A stretch of 28,089 nucleotides of DNA from Oligoflexus sp. (GTDB lineage: Bacteria > Bdellovibrionota_B > Oligoflexia > Oligoflexales > Oligoflexaceae). Of this stretch, positions 27,101-28,089 are shown one piece after another. Numbering within the stretch: the stretch's first letter is position 1; every line of letters begins with the position of its first letter. The position numbers and the translations under genes are program-made. The stretch covers positions 1 to 28,089 of the forward strand of contig JBGSTX010000050.1 in assembly GCA_041736305.1 (NCBI GenBank). Reading direction: 5' to 3'. The notes below the pieces were generated by a model. The model searched no databases and was not told where the DNA came from. It was given only the letters and a program-made list of their open reading frames with translations.

Positions 27101-28089
27101 TTGACTTCGTCCTCGATGAAGGTCCGATGCAAGATTCTTGCAGCATTTTCGCCGTCTTCTTCCGGAACTACGCAAGAGATCTTAATTTCTGAAGTTGATA
27201 TCATATGAATCACGATGCCTTCAGACTCCAGCGCCGAAAACACTCGACTCGCCACACCTGGATGACTTTGCATACCGAGACCAACGACTGAAACTTTGGC
27301 AAGGCCCTGTTCAGCGGTACAGATGCTTTCAGGATCCAGTTCACGCGACCAACGATCGAGCATATGCTGCGTGCGCACAAGGTCGGCTGTTCCAATCGTA
27401 AAGCCAAGCCGCATGTGCCCACTTTGATCTTGTCGATTATGGACTATGATATCGACATTGACGCCGCTCTCAGCGATCGTTTTAAAAAGCGCAGCAATGG
27501 TTCCGGGTTTTGCTGGTAGATGGGTCAGACTCAGGCGGACGACGTTGCGATCGAGAGTCACGCCGGAAACTAGGGGGGCTTCCAATTTACGCTGCGGGCT
27601 GAAGCTCATAATGCGAGTCCTTTGCTGATCGTCAGGCTTAAACGTATTCCGAACTACGATGGGCATCTGGTATTTGGCTCCCAGCTCCACACAGCGGCTA
27701 TGCAAGACCTTGCTTCCCAGAGAAGCCATCTCGAGCGCGACCTCAAAATCCATTTCTTCGACGAGGCGAGCTTGGGGTACTACGCGAGGATCGGCGGTGT
27801 AGACGCCGTCTACATCGGTATTTATCTCACAGAATTCAGCGTCGAGAGCAACTGCTAGTGCAACAGCACTGGTATCGCTACCGCCGCGTCCGAGAGTAGT
27901 GATTTCAAGATTTTCGGTTACACCCTGAAACCCGGCTACGACCGGTATAATACCTTTGTCCCAGCACTCGTGGAGCCGTTTACAGTTAATAGCGTTGATA
28001 CGGGCTTTGGAGTGCAGGCTATCTGTAAATATCCCGAGCTGATAGGCGAGCAGGCCGATGGCATCTAAGCCTTCTTTTTCTAGAGCAGC
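27097..28089 (-). CDS. lysC: Aspartate kinase (5' end outside the window)
   Basis: Frame open to the window edge: PVVAGFQG, TTLGRGGSDTSAVALA, TDVDGVYTADPR, EMASLGSKVLH, two ACT domains ending ISTSEIKIS. Confidence 0.96.
   Translation of the reverse strand, partial: AALEKEGLDAIGLLAYQLGIFTDSLHSKARINAINCKRLHECWDKGIIPVVAGFQGVTENLEITTLGRGGSDTSAVALAVALDAEFCEINTDVDGVYTADPRVVPQARLVEEMDFEVALEMASLGSKVLHSRCVELGAKYQMPIVVRNTFKPDDQQRTRIMSFSPQRKLEAPLVSGVTLDRNVVRLSLTHLPAKPGTIAALFKTIAESGVNVDIIVHNRQDQSGHMRLGFTIGTADLVRTQHMLDRWSRELDPESICTAEQGLAKVSVVGLGMQSHPGVASRVFSALESEGIVIHMISTSEIKISCVVPEEDGENAARILHRTFIEDEVN

Noticed and set aside
27097-27753. Track ORF of 218 aa as a stand-alone ACT protein
   Set aside because: The frame stays open to the window edge with kinase motifs; it is the 3' part of lysC.
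1-28089. CRISPR arrays, tRNA/rRNA, IS elements, prophage or defence genes
   Set aside because: No spaced direct repeats, RNA gene signatures, transposase/integrase or nuclease motifs were seen by eye.

Overview
Bacterial chromosomal window. The gene content and protein style suggest Bdellovibrionota/Oligoflexia; this is an inference, not proven. No rRNA, tRNA, CRISPR array or mobile element was seen. The core is a ~13 kb minus-strand flagellar export/switch operon: fliL-fliM-fliN-fliO-fliP-fliQ-fliR-flhB-flhA-flhF-flhG-fliA-cheY, then a PilZ-like gene and a DUF2802-like gene. It is preceded by a near-consensus sigma54 promoter and tandem GTCA-N6-TGAC enhancer-like boxes. The left part holds two phosphoacceptor-less receiver-domain proteins that each have a sigma28-like promoter, a flippase-like membrane protein, a stand-alone receiver, an exported rhodanese, a CycH-C-like secreted protein, an alpha/beta hydrolase, a sigma54-type long coiled-coil lipoprotein and a TPR-like protein. 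The most notable left-side element is a tight 4-gene operon in which OlsB-like and OlsA-like aminolipid acyltransferases sandwich an M14 Zn-peptidase and an alpha/beta hydrolase. It is a candidate aminolipid synthesis-plus-turnover system behind Pho-box-like repeats. The right part holds a putative outer-membrane beta-barrel, a lipoprotein cytochrome c, a glutathione S-transferase and a partial aspartokinase with a likely nested beta-subunit start.
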